Assembly: GCA_028023455.1 (NCBI GenBank) | Contig: JAQFVV010000004.1 | Location: 15,562,001-15,626,000, forward strand | Length of the DNA: 64,000 nt | Reading direction: 5' to 3' | Origin: Epiperipatus broadwayi | Lineage: Eukaryota; Animalia; Onychophora | In this document: positions 21,109-33,890 of the stretch, piece after piece | Position numbering within the stretch: position 1 is the stretch's first letter | How the letters are laid out: each line of letters begins with the position of its first letter | Made by a program: the position numbers and the translations under genes | Notes under the pieces: model-generated | The model's input: only the letters and a program-made list of their open reading frames with translations | Database searches by the model: none | What the model was told of the DNA's origin: nothing

Positions 21109-24100
21109 TTTAGATTTTATTTTCTTGGCTAGTCTGTTTGAGTTTTGGATTTGAGGTAATTTTGTTATTTATTGACCAGTTTAGCTTTATGCTTTTAATG
21201 TTTACATTTTAATATATATATTAAACCAATGTGTTTTTCTATTGCACACTTAATTAGAATTTTTTTTATTAATTTGTATAATAAACTAAAATTGTTTGAC
21301 ATGCAATTAAAAAGTTATTTTCATTAATTCTTTTATATTTACATCCTGTCATATTTGAACAGATATCTCTGTACATAGTTATTTCATATATAAACCAGAG
21401 GTAAAACTCTCCATACAGTAGTAGTATTTCATATATATTGTTATGTTAAGCATTATTTATCTTTTTTTTTAAATTATATTATTAAAATCCAGTTTTAATT
21501 CTTTATTCTCAATTCAACATTTCTTCTATATATGTTATTAATGATTCTTGACTTCATGATTTTATGAACTAATATATCTTATGTTTCCACTGACAATATT
21601 CTACCAAATGGGCAATAACATGTGCAAATAGATGTGTAGGTTTACTGATTGATTACCTTATATAGAAAGATGGTGTTCTGTATCCATGTTTTTTTTTTCC
21701 AATGTGGTATTTATAAAATTAGGAGGATCTCTTTATTCCATAGTATCAATGCAAAAATCCAGGAACAATACTTTAATCATTTATACATATATAACATATA
21801 CTTGACTCAGTTTGATTTCATTATTATAATATATGTCTTCATAACCAACTTAAAGTTTGTTTTTTAATGTTATTAGAAAATAAGGACTTAAACAATAGTA
21901 GAAGTTAATTTTGAAATCTTTTATAAAAGCAAAAGATATATAATCTAGTTCATTTGAAGAATACAAAAGAGCTACTAATATCTGTACTTTGTTTGTATCC
22001 ATATATATTTTGTCGCTCTTAATGAATATTTAGGATCAATCAAATTGAATAGCTCACTATATGACAAACACTCATCAGTAAACCTGCCAGTTGATGAGAA
22101 TGAAATTTTGTTTTTTTTCATCTTTGTTTTACATTAAGAATAGCCAGATATTCATTTACAAACCAATATTGGATGTCCATCTGAATTGATTATCTGAAAG
22201 AAAGTGACTTATGTCAGAATGAATCTGAAAAAAAAAAAAATAAAGTTTTACCCAACCTGGATCATTTTCAAAAATATTAAATGATTACAGAACTATGTCT
22301 TCATTTATATGTACATGTATGTAGTGTGAATTGATGGGGTGGATGAATAGATTATGACATTTGTATACAGTTTATTTATTCATTTTTATTTATTATTAAC
22401 ATTTCATATCTATATCCTCAAGTTTTGTTCTTATTAGTGCATTTTTCACCTTAGCTTAATCATATTGCAATCATTCAACACCCCAGAAATCAGTCCAACC
22501 TCTCTCACTTTGGATGCATTTTGAAACATCCACTTCACTTTTTTCAAATAAGTAACATAGCTCATTTTGTAGTTTAGCTATGGCTTACTTGAGAAAGTGT
22601 ATGTTTTGAATATATCTGTAGCATGAGAAGTTAGTTTTATTTCTGAGCTGATGGATGTTTGTGATAAGATTGAGCTAAATATGAAATATGCACTGATAAA
22701 ACAAAAGGTTATGCATATATATATATATATGACTTCTATTTCATCACACATTCCAGAAACATGACCACATTCATGTAAAAAAAGATAAATGATCCTCAAA
22801 ATATACATTTTGTGGTAAACCATTACTCATAAATTACACAGATCACAATCTCATACTTATCTTCATCATTCATCTAGTATTATATATGTAGCAATTTGCT
22901 ATAGTTTAATTACAATTATCAAACTTCCTGAACTCACAATTTTGACACAAACCACTTTATAGAAATATATTAATGATTTTTACTAATTATTTATTAAACT
23001 AGAGATTACCTCTAGCCCAGTTATACTCTTTCTTTTTTAATTAATAATTAGTCTGTAATATTAAGAGATATTAACACCTGAGTTTCCTTGCCTGTGTTGA
23101 CAGCTTCACTAACTTTCATTATACCATTCATCTCAGTGTTCTGTCTGTAACTGGACTTTTTTTCTAATTATGATATACTATAAACTAGTTTATCTTCAAT
23201 AAGTTTGTTTTTCTTTTTTTTTTAAATTTAAGTAAGCATTTTTATTCTAAAATTTAATCAATATAAACATTGAGTAGATTGATAACCAATTTTTGTTAAT
23301 TAGCCATCTGAATATTTAAAGCATTTTAAAATTCAAAATATATAGTAATTTTTTTGTGCAATTATGTAGATACACTATTAGATAAGATTGGTCAGCAAAA
23401 CCATAATTTCTATCAAAATAATGTTGGCCTGATACATCTAAGATTGATTTATTATTGATGAAAAATAGCACTTAAAGAAGCGAAAAATATCAAAATAAAG
23501 TTACACATGAATAGTCTGTCTTGTATTTAATTATCATTAAACAAAAATTGATTTTTGTTTTATCATTCTTTGGATAAATTTGCATGAACATTGAATAATT
23601 AATGGAAGCTGAATTCCCGTGAAAATATATTTCCATGACTAGTTTCTGAAAATCAATAGAAGCTATCCTATTGTCTATTGATCATCTTTTTGAATTTAAA
23701 CTATTCAAACCCATATTTTATTTTATTTTATTCCACATCACATTATCTCTACATATCTTTTTATTACATCTTTCTCCAACTGTATAATGAGCTTTATCTG
23801 TTCTCTGTTTAAATCGTTAAGACTATTTTGTCTATCCTTTGTTTTTTATTGTTGTGTTGATTTTTTTTATTTTATTTTTTTATCTTTTTGTTCTTTATAT
23901 ATAATCTTGATTTGGGATGTTATTTTGATCTTCTCTTAGATAGGTTATTATGATCATTTTTATTCTAATTTAATATATATATTGAATGCTTATATATGAT
24001 TCAAGTTAAAGTGTCGGGAGACTCTTTCAGTATTTTTTCATTTATTTATGGAGATGTATTAGTTTAACTATAGCTCGCTGGGGGCTTTCATTAACTTCTG

Positions 24101-27100
24101 CATAAATTTCATCTACATTTGACTTATCACGTTTAATATTTGCATCTATTAAACTGTTGATTCATTTAATATTCAGAGATTGTTAAATGTAAGATACATC
24201 CTTTTCTCTGATAATTTCTGGTGATTTCAGAAGAGTTAATGGTTGCCCTGAAATTATATTAATATGTAGAATTCACACTCTCTGTTATAACATATAATAA
24301 ATTGAATGCTTATATTTACAATCCATGCTAAAATACGGGGAGGGGGGTTCATTTGTACTTTTTCATTTATTGACAGAGTTGTATTAGATTAACTATAGCT
24401 TTTTGGAAGTTATCAGTATCTGCATAAATATTGTATTATATAGCAACACGGGTGCTAAGGTTTTAAGTATGAAGGAAATGATTGGATATAATTTTCAAAG
24501 GTTTTATTCAAGTTAAATTAAACGTTTCTAAAATTTTGTGTAAACAATTAGAGTAAACTGGCATGCATTGGTGTTAGGTGATTAAGTTATGGAAATTTTC
24601 TTCAGGGATTTAGAATGGTGTACTTAAAAATTTGTTTTCAAGAAGGATGATGTTGTTTACAAATTGTTGAAAGTGTGCTCATTAGATTCACCATTTTAAA
24701 CTGCTATAATTGTTAAATTAAATTTAGAACTACACGATTCAAATAAATATTTTTTGTAAGATTAGTTCTATAAATATTTTCAAAGTGAAATAATCTGCTT
24801 ATATTCAAACATAAAAATAAAAATTTACATATTTTTTTAAACTTGATGGATCAATTAAATAGTTCTTCAACTAATTTCAGTCGAAATAAATATATCAAAG
24901 AAATTGGGAATATCTTTCAAAAGTAACCTTTATTAGTAAAAGGATTACAAAAATTTTGGGTACACTTACCCCTTGAGAATTACAAAGTGTTCAATGTGAC
25001 AAACAAGGTAAAACAATTATTGATTATATAAAGTAAATATGCTTGATAATAATTATGTCCATTAAAGAGTTGCTATAATGTTGATATTAATGTGTATCTG
25101 AACATGAGTATCTATACATGGATCTACATGGCCCAGCTACTGAGAAGCTATCCATCACCCAATGATCCCACCCCTGGGCCCCCGAAGTGAAGACCCAAAT
25201 GCTTCAGTTGAATAGGTGGACAAGTCCAGCATTGCGCCAACCACCACAACAGGTAGCGAGGTCTAAGGCTCAAGTCCATTGAATAATAAATTTTCAACCT
25301 GCAGCCGAGCCATGTCAAGACCATTCCAGATGCCCCTGTCTCCCAATCAACAGTCCAAATGTGCAGGGACCGCATTTGGTCTACCTGCCCAGAATTGGAA
25401 AGCCAATTAAGAAAAACACATAGTGAGCACAGATCTGCACTGCCTAAAACCAACCTATCAAGGGGGCACAGCAGCCAACCAGAGCAGGAATGGTGCTGAG
25501 ACTTTGACCAGGTACCCTCCCAGCAGGTTTTCCAGGTAGCGGCGATAATTGTCAACAGCCTGCACCAAAGAACCAGCCTCCTAATGACCGCCACCACCCC
25601 CGAGGAAGAAAAGAGGAGTGCAAACCCATGCCTGGAAAATTATTGCAGCAAAGCCTCCATCAAAGTTACAAAATTTGGAGGTGGCCCAAATCAGACCAAC
25701 CACCTTACAAACTCTCTAATTTTAAAGTTAACCAAAGAAAAAAATGATTAGCTCAAATCAACATTGCCATAATAAACAAGCCATCAGGGGGTTGAAACAG
25801 CCTCCAAAGTCTGCTTCATTGTTGTTAACTCTTGATACGTGTCATATATTCTAAATACTAGTTCAACTCATCCAACTGCAAGGTTCTCCAGGGATTATGA
25901 TCTAGCTTATATATTTCCATTTGGTTATTCCAATTATGAACAGTGATTAGCATTGTAGGATTCTTGCTTATTGTTTGGTTGTACAGTAGAGCTGAATGGC
26001 AGCAACCTGTTATAGTAACTAGTTTCTGTAACCATGTTGTGGACTTGGTTGTAGTAGGATCTCAACTGGGACTCTTGTATTGATCCTATTTGAATTCTGC
26101 TTATGTTAATTGAAATCTAGGTCTTGATTAGTAGTCAAGGTTTCAATTGTATAGTGTAAAAGTTTGTAATCTTTGGATTATTCCTAATCATTGTTGGATT
26201 AAAGGAGTTGAGTGAATTGCAGCTTCAATATCTTTGTTTGGGTTTTGAACTTGTTTTTATCTTTAAATCATTGTTTTTTGGCTCAGGAAACACTTCGTTC
26301 TAATTCTGTGTCAATTTGAAAGTTTTCTATTCTTTTTGTGGTGCCCCAATCGCACTGGAAGTGGCCCAGTAACTTTGATCTAATCATCAGAAAAAAATAA
26401 TTCTTGTGCAGCGAGATGGCTTAAAACATAATCTATAATGTTTGATTCTAAAATTGAGATCGAATTCATATTTAAAATAATTTTCCCCTCCTGCACTGTT
26501 CTACCGCATTCAGCCACGATGATATCGTAACTTTTTTCTTATGAACGAATTAACGCTGGGATTTTTTTTTTTTTTTTAATTTCCATAGGTTTATGATTAC
26601 TTTTGTGTCTAGTTTGTTTCTTGGTCTATTTCCTGTTTTGTTTGCAGCCGTAGAATCTTGCTATATCTGATGCTATTGTGAAATTCTTGAGACTATCTTT
26701 ATTAAGCTTTTTTTTTTTTTTTCCAACGTTTTCAATAAAATTTGACCCGCCAACTATATCTCAATTAATCCTATCATTAAGCTTAGGATTTCTAGTAACT
26801 TTTTTTTTTTTATTTATTTATTTGGTTTCGTTTTAAAATCTTTTCCCTTAGTTTTATTCTTGCTCAAATGATTCTAAGATTTCCTTGTACTGGCTTTTGC
26901 CTTTTTTAATGGCAGCCATTTGCATAGAACGATACGATTGATAATTTCAAATACTTTCGAGTGAAAACTGATTTCAAATTTCTTGTAAAGGTGATGAAAT
27001 GATAAAACAAGTACTCACCTACATCTTGGCAAACTTTTTCCCCCATAAACTCAAACTTGAAAGCATAATGAGTCTCATTCTTCTGGTGCCAGTGAACAGT

Positions 27101-27738
27101 CAACTGCTTCAGCTGGCAACAGGAAGTGGAACTAAGAAATTGGGAATATTACGTCAGAATTTGCCAACAACTTCCAAGATTTTAAAGAACTTGTTAGTAT
27201 ATTTTTATTCATGGGGTTTCCATAAAAGTAGATATAATAGAAGAAACTCTTTCAACCATATGGATATTCTTATACTGAAAGTGAAATCATAATATTACAG
27301 GTGATATTATATCAAAGTAAAGTCTTTAGAAAACAAGTTTAGGAAATATTTAATGAAAGATAAAGATTCCCATTTGTGAAAGTGTACTTTTTTTTTGTTT
27401 TGACATATTTGTAACATTGACATTTTTGCAGATAAATGTTATAAAATCAAAATGTCAAACTGCTTAAAACAGATAAAGATTAGGAATTATTATTAAGAAA
27501 TGATATAACTCATTATATCTCAAGCACAATACATTACAATATAAAATAAGTAAGGTATGGTCAGAAATTTTAAAATATCTGCCTTTCTATATATTTATAT
27601 TACTTATGAAAATAAAATAACTCTATGTGAGTATCTTTAAATAAAATGGTTCTATTTTTCCAGAAAAAACATAAAATTTTATTCTTTGTGAATGTTTTTT
27701 TTAATTATTATTATTATTAAGTAATATTGCAATGACAT

Positions 27739-28756
27739 AACCCTCCTAACAGAAAATTGTTTTTTGAGAAGCCTACCATATTATAAACCCTAATGTTTTT
27801 CCTGGCCCCACCCTCCTAAAGATTAACAACGATATTCTATTCAAAAAATTCTAACAATGGTTCCTCGAACCCAAATTCTTTGATTTTCTTTTAAAAATCA
27901 ATCTTAATGCATTTCCCACAAATCATTTCCTTGTACACCATCAAGGTTCCTCTGGCATTGATTCAATTTGCCCTTTGTGTCTCAGAGAGGATGAAACCTC
28001 TACCCACTTTCTTTGTCACTGCCTCTCCTTACAACCACATAGAGATTTTGCAGCCTCTATTTCAAGAAATAAAAATCCTATTCTTTCAACTCTCATTGAT
28101 AGCATTTTTCATAGTACCTTCCCCATGATCCACTCAACAGCCTTCAGCCTTTTCTCACTATAGTTTACCCCATGTTGGCTCATTTTCAATCTGGCTCCAG
28201 AGAGCTCACTGGACATATTCAGTAATAAACTCAAAAAAATTAATCAGAGGGATCAAAACCTGGCCCCTCCCTACATATTTGAAGTCACATGGCAAGCAAT
28301 TTCCATACCTACTACTCTTATGCAGTGTGACTTTTCTTATATCCAAAAATAACCTATTTATAATGGGTTTGCTTCTACCCGGGATTCACAGTGGCTTTCC
28401 ATTCTTTCCCAAATTACTTCTAAAATCTGGCCTATCTCAATGAAGGAAATATCTCTTATGGAACTGGTATTGATCTAAGTAAATTCTGCCCTTCCAGGGA
28501 CAAGGACTTCAAAATTTCTCTCCTTGTAAATCATTGAAGTATAACCCGAGGTTATCAAAAAATGTTCCCCTTTTCCTTTATAATAGAACATTCAAACCTT
28601 GTTTGATTTTTATCGATTAGCAGAATATGTAATTCCTGTTTTCTTTCATTGTAAAGTGCCGTAATCCAAATTCATTGATCTCACCTTCTGATTGTATCAT
28701 CTGTTTACTTGTATTCACTGTTCCGTAATAAAATTTCTATATTTATAAAAAAAAAA
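27739..28756 (+). mobile_element. 5'-truncated L1/Tx1-like LINE 3' end
   Basis: CPLCLREDETSTHFLCHC zinc knuckle, poly-A tail, 16-bp TSD aatattgcaatgacat. Confidence 0.85.
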
Positions 28757-29352
28757 AATATTGCAATGACATGATTTTTTTTCTTTTTTTTAAATCTATT
28801 AAAATTTGTTAAATATCAAAGTTTAAATATAATCCTAATAATTTTTTATATTAATTTCTATCTTTGTATAAGATTTTCTTTTTATTTCAATTTTCAATTT
28901 TTGAAAGCTAGATCATGGAAGGATTTTTGTAGGCAAAGTACATCTTATATAAAAATTAGTTGACTCCTCTGTTCCGGATTATTGAGAGATCAAAATTCTT
29001 TAAATAAATTATACTATCTTGTATTACAAATATATAAATATTTTGAAACATTTTGTTTTTATATTAAATGTATATTTAAATAAAAAAAATATATTAATGT
29101 GCAATAGAATAGTGATTATGGGGTTTCTTTTATTTTACTAGTATAAGCCTAGCATATATTAATCTCTACTTATGTAAAAAGTTATTTGAAATATATATAT
29201 ACAGAAATTACAAAATATTTTAAATATATTATACCATTTAGAATTGAATAATAATCACTTCAATAGCATAAAAAAAGAAGCAAAATATAATAATTATTAT
29301 TAGCAAATTTAGTTTCAGAAGTTTATTGAACTATAAGTTTATAAAACAGTAC

Positions 29353-29577
29353 CTGTTAGAAGAGATGATAATAGATGGACAATTGAAATTTTAAACTGGA
29401 TTCCAAGAGATTGTCAAAGACCCAGAAAGAGACCACATGTGAGATGGATGGATGAAATAAGAAAATGTGCAGGGGTGTTGTGGAGAAGAGAAGCTAAAGA
29501 TCGGAGAAGATGGATTAAACTTGGAGAGATCTTCGTCCTGCAGTGGATTGATAATGGTTGATGATGATGATGACCTG
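29353..29577 (+). mobile_element. RTE-like LINE 3' fragment with (TGA)n tail
   Basis: WIPRDCQRPRKRPHVRWMDEIRK...FVLQWID; 22-bp flanking duplication ctataagtttataaaacagtac. Confidence 0.85.
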
Positions 29578-29749
29578 CTATAAGTTTATAAAACAGTACT
29601 TAGTACCACATGCATAGAATAGAGTAAGAAAAGACTACAAGATTTTAAACAAAGGAAGATATGTGGTTTACATTATATACTCGGTATTTTTATCTCATAC
29701 TAGAAATTGGAAAAATTACAAATCTACGTGTAACAAAAAAAAAGCAATC

Positions 29750-31330
29750 TTGAAAGTAGCTTATAGGATTTACAGCTTTCTATGTTCATGATTGCATTAA
29801 TGTGTTTTTTGCTTTTAATTATCTAGTTATCATTTTATGATAATGAGTCATATCATAAATTTGAGCGAAGTCACATTAGTGATCATGTGCCTGAATAAAA
29901 GTTAATTGGTGAATTTTTTTCAGTCCTTACACCTATAATATCCATTTTGTTCCTAAATGTGTTAGAGTGTCTTTTTGTGTTTGAACCATATATAAATATA
30001 CATCTAGTACACCATAAAGGGCTGGTCCGAATGTGTACATAAATAACCTTTTTTAAATACATTAAGAAGTAAGTGTATGTTATAATCTTTATTTTTAAAT
30101 ATTTTGGGGATAATGCACCAGATATTATTAAACATGGGGCACATGAATAGAAAATGTGATTGTGTTTCTGATTCTCTCTGACATAGTTTGCATTTGTCTT
30201 CAGTGATAGTATAATTCCTTTTACATCTGTAGAAATATTAGATGAAAAGTGCTTCGAGATTCAGTTTTAGGAGAAATTCATAGCATTTTGGCTCTAATGA
30301 TTAGTATTTGAATTTTTTGTCAACTGCTTATTGGTTTTGTTTAAACGGGGTTTATTATTATTATTGGATGGGGAAGCACCAACTGAATATGCATCCCAGT
30401 ATTTCATTTTATTCTTGGAAGGGCAATATATTAAATTGGGAAGACATAATAAAAAAGATATGAACTTATTCCAGTAATTGCATATGGGTGGCAGCCTGTC
30501 TGTGAGTGTAATTTTAAAAACTATTTCTAAATATTGAATATCCTTGCACACGATGATATAAGATTAAGTGTTTTTGAATGTGAAAATTTTTTGTAGAATG
30601 TAAACCCAATTCATTTTGAGATAGAGGGTGCAGAATCTTAATTAGAGATATTGATGCTATTTTCTTCCCCCACAACAATTTCCTACACATCGAGTAAATT
30701 TTAAATGTAAAAGCTTTTGTGTATATTATTATAGATGTATAGTATGTAATCCATGTCATTATTAGGAGATTGAAAAGAGCCACTTTGACATAGAGTGATA
30801 AATATGATTTAGAAAGATTATTAATTATATTCTTAACTTTATTCCTTAGTTTTCCTTGTATCTGTGATTGCATTTCAGAGTTACTCAAATGAAAAGGAAA
30901 TCCCACAAATGAGCCAAACTTTCCTGATGCATTTTTTTAAATTGAACTTCAGTTTATATTTGTCTGCGTAATTATTTAGAATATTTATTACTTTTGGTAT
31001 CTATTTTTTAATTGGCAGAAAGATTGTTATATCATCTATGAATGCAATGCATGAAATATTTGCCTTCATTTCAGGTATAAATATTTCAGTTATCTCATTT
31101 TCAATTGCTTTAAGGAGAGGATCAATATAAAATGTGAATGAAAAAGCACTTGGAATGAATGATGGTGAGTACTTCCCACTAAGAGTTATCTGAATTTTTC
31201 AACTTAGAAGATTCTTAATCAAGTAGATTAATTCCCTGAGTATTGATGTATCTGCTAATGCATTAATTAAAAGATCAATTGCTATCATATCAAATGCTGA
31301 TTTAATGTCCAGCTAAATTACAACTTGTGT
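29750..31330 (-). mobile_element. Decayed L1/Tx1-like LINE (RT to CCHC)
   Basis: LDIKSAFD, IAFIDD, RKLLWGKK...ELGL, CKLCQRESETQSHFLFMCP. Confidence 0.8.
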
Positions 31331-31559
31331 TTTGATGTGGCTCTCATTTCACAGTGTCGGCACTTAATTTTTGGACACACCCTTATTATGTGACCTCTTT
31401 GCTTATAGTTGAAACACTGTGGTTTTATTCAGTGTATTATTAAGAGGAGAATTGTTTCATGGTCAGTAATTAGCATAAGGATGTCATTTGGATTAACGTT
31501 TTTTGTTTAAAAGCAGTTTAAAATAATAATTATTATTTAGATCAGTATACATATATCTT

Positions 31560-31900
31560 TTAGATACATGGGTTGGAATGTTACCACTAATCCAAAAAGC
31601 AGTATTGAGAAGAGATTAAAGAAGCATGAATTGTTATACAAGCATGTAAAAAGTAAAAATAATGGTGATTTAATATCTCCTTCAGTTTTCTTTGATCACG
31701 AAAAAACATATGAATATAAATTTAAATTTGATTTTGAAAATGTGAAAATTCTTCATGAAGAGAGAAACCATAGTAAAAGAAAAATTAAAGAGGCAATTTT
31801 TATAAACAGGAATAAAATGCATTTAATAAATCGACAAGCTGCTAACATTAAAATACGAGATTCGTGGAATTTGAATTGATGACATTTGCTTCCGCTTTTG
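31560..31900 (+). mobile_element. PLE GIY-YIG 3' fragment
   Basis: HEKTYEYKFKFDFENVKILHEERNHSKRKIKEAIFINR. Confidence 0.75.
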
Positions 31901-32146
31901 TATTTGAATTTAATGTCTGTTAAGGCAGGTTTAAGAAATTAACCAAAGTACTTCTGCAGATTTAAGGATTGTTTGTAATAGTTTGTAAACCTTAAATTTA
32001 TTATTTCAATTATAATTACAATTTTGTTTTTAATTAACGGACATTTTATTTATTTTACATATATATATATGCATGCATGCAATATAAATGCCAATATCTA
32101 TTTTTTCAAAACCTTGGATTCACCAACACTGTACTTGCCTGTATAG

Positions 32147-33540
32147 CAGAAGCCATTTTCTTACTTTGCTTATGTAATTAGTCCTTATTTTTAAAATTAC
32201 AGATATTTACACTCATTTTCTTGCTCATGTGAATTAGAAAATTAAAATTTTCAGTTAAAATGATATTAAAGTGAAATGTTAATGATGCAGCAATTTTTCC
32301 AAGCCTAAAAGAAACTCTTTTTTTTATATGATAAAATGATAATTCATATGCTGAAGCTGGCCAGATATTCAATGAAAACAAATTATCAGCTCACAAAATA
32401 ATAAAAAAAAAGCAAAAGAAATTTATGTCAGTGTTATTTTTTCCTGAAAATATTAAAATTATAACATCCCCAGTGTGTGATAAATTTTTCATTAACTGAA
32501 AACATTAAATTTGTATATGAAAAATATGAACAGAACAAATTCTAGTAACAGTAAATGATAATACTGTATATTGCCCCAAATAATTATTGATTCTTTATAA
32601 AGATTTTAGCAAGGCGAACAATGAAAAGATGGATTGCAAACCAATCTACTGTAAGATATAATTGTATATATTTTAGAAATTATAAAACTTAAAAACATTA
32701 TATGAGTATTATAACTTTTGCATTTTATTACTATAATCATTACTTTTTTCACAAGAAAAAATAAAAAGATAATAAGTTTTTTTTTTTCACTATAGAGATT
32801 GAATGAAGTTATGTATAGATGTGCTCTAACTTTCATTGTTTCTCCACTTGATATTTTTTTATAAAGGCACTATTGTTTTTTTTTTTGTTAATGCTTTTTG
32901 TTGTTGTTGTTGTTGTTGATTTTTAGTATGTACAATGTTTTAATCAAATTGCACCATGCTATGCGTGTACATGTTTAAAATGTTTGTATTGTGTGTGTGT
33001 GTGCATGCACATTTTAAATGAAGCTTAGAACCAAATGTTGTAGTAGATCTTATAATTTAAATACAATTATTTATTTTTTTTGTACTTATTTTATTTTTTT
33101 TATTTTTAGGTAAAAGAAGAGTTATAATGAAGTTAAATTTTTTTCATTCTCACCCTCTTCAACTGCCTTACATTAAACAACAAACTGTTGACTTGTGGAT
33201 GTATCTTTTAAAAAAAAATTTTTTTTTAATTATTTTATTTACTTCAATATTGTAATATTAATTTACTTTACTTGCATATATTGTTATTATTAAGGTAAAA
33301 GAATGATTGCTGCAAAATATAATTTGCAATTGATAGTAAGTTATTTGAAAATTAGATTACATTCCATCTTCATGTATTTTTGATTTTTGTAGAATGTATT
33401 CATTCTGTTATTAAGAAACAGTTTTGAATTGGTCTTAATGTAATCATTATATGGCTCTTATTGATTCTATTTAATCTGTACTATGTTTTTCAGTTCATGT
33501 TTTTGTTTTGTTGGTTTATTTTTCTAGGCAGGAATTCTAA
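32147..33540 (+). CDS. Candidate last exons of an unidentified host gene (32147-32173?, 32610-32650, 33110-33200, 33528-33540)
   Basis: AG/GT sites chain in phase (2-2, 2-1, 1-2, 2-stop), giving RSHFLTLLIKANNEKMDCKPIYCKRRVIMKLNFFHSHPLQLPYIKQQTVDLWMQEF*. Confidence 0.45.
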
Positions 33541-33717
33541 ATACTTAATGTTAGCTTTTACAAATGCCCGGTGCTTTTCAGATAAGCATGTAATTTAATT
33601 ATCATGTTAATAATTATTGTAAATTCTTCAAGTCACAAAGAGAAAAATTACGATGTCAAACAATATTTTATAAAATTAAAAATAATAATGATCAAACTTT
33701 GAGACATTTTCAAGTTA

Positions 33718-33890
33718 ACAATCAAAAAATTAAAAATGATTTAAAAAAGTATGGCAGTTTATATATAATTTATTTTCTTATTTGAACAATCAAAAAATTA
33801 AAAATGATTTAAAAAAGTATGGCAGTCAATCAAAAAATTAAAAATGATTTAAAAAAGTATGGCAGTTTATATATAATTTATTTTCTTATT
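33718..33890. repeat. Tandem duplication (68-bp unit plus a 40-bp partial unit)
   Basis: caatcaaaaaattaaaaatgatttaaaaaagtatggcagt occurs three times. Confidence 0.9.

Larger units (their letters stand above)
20351..21205 (+). mobile_element. PLE 3'-end foldback insertion with tail and TSD
   Basis: Inverted arms of about 365 bp encode YVHEKNTGHTINFDDAKVV...KRRIKESLL (GIY-YIG C-terminus). 13-bp TSD attttaatatata (20338-20350, 21206-21218). Confidence 0.88.

Noticed and set aside
22070-22085. Isolated CTGATGA hits (also near 26385 and 43716)
   Set aside because: No surrounding helices; expected by chance in AT-rich DNA.
22589-22692. Minus-strand exon candidates with good splice sites (also 27019-27131, near 23080-23167 and near 23640)
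   Set aside because: Phases do not chain consistently, the peptides are unrecognisable, and TE remnants elsewhere in the window give equally good pseudo-splice sites.
25148-25597. 149-aa minus-strand ORF as a gene
   Set aside because: Trp/Cys/Leu-rich composition typical of a shadow frame; no motifs.
31925-31970. Hammerhead-like helices downstream of the 31568 PLE fragment
   Set aside because: A palindrome (agtact) and helices exist, but no core can be placed and G12 is absent.
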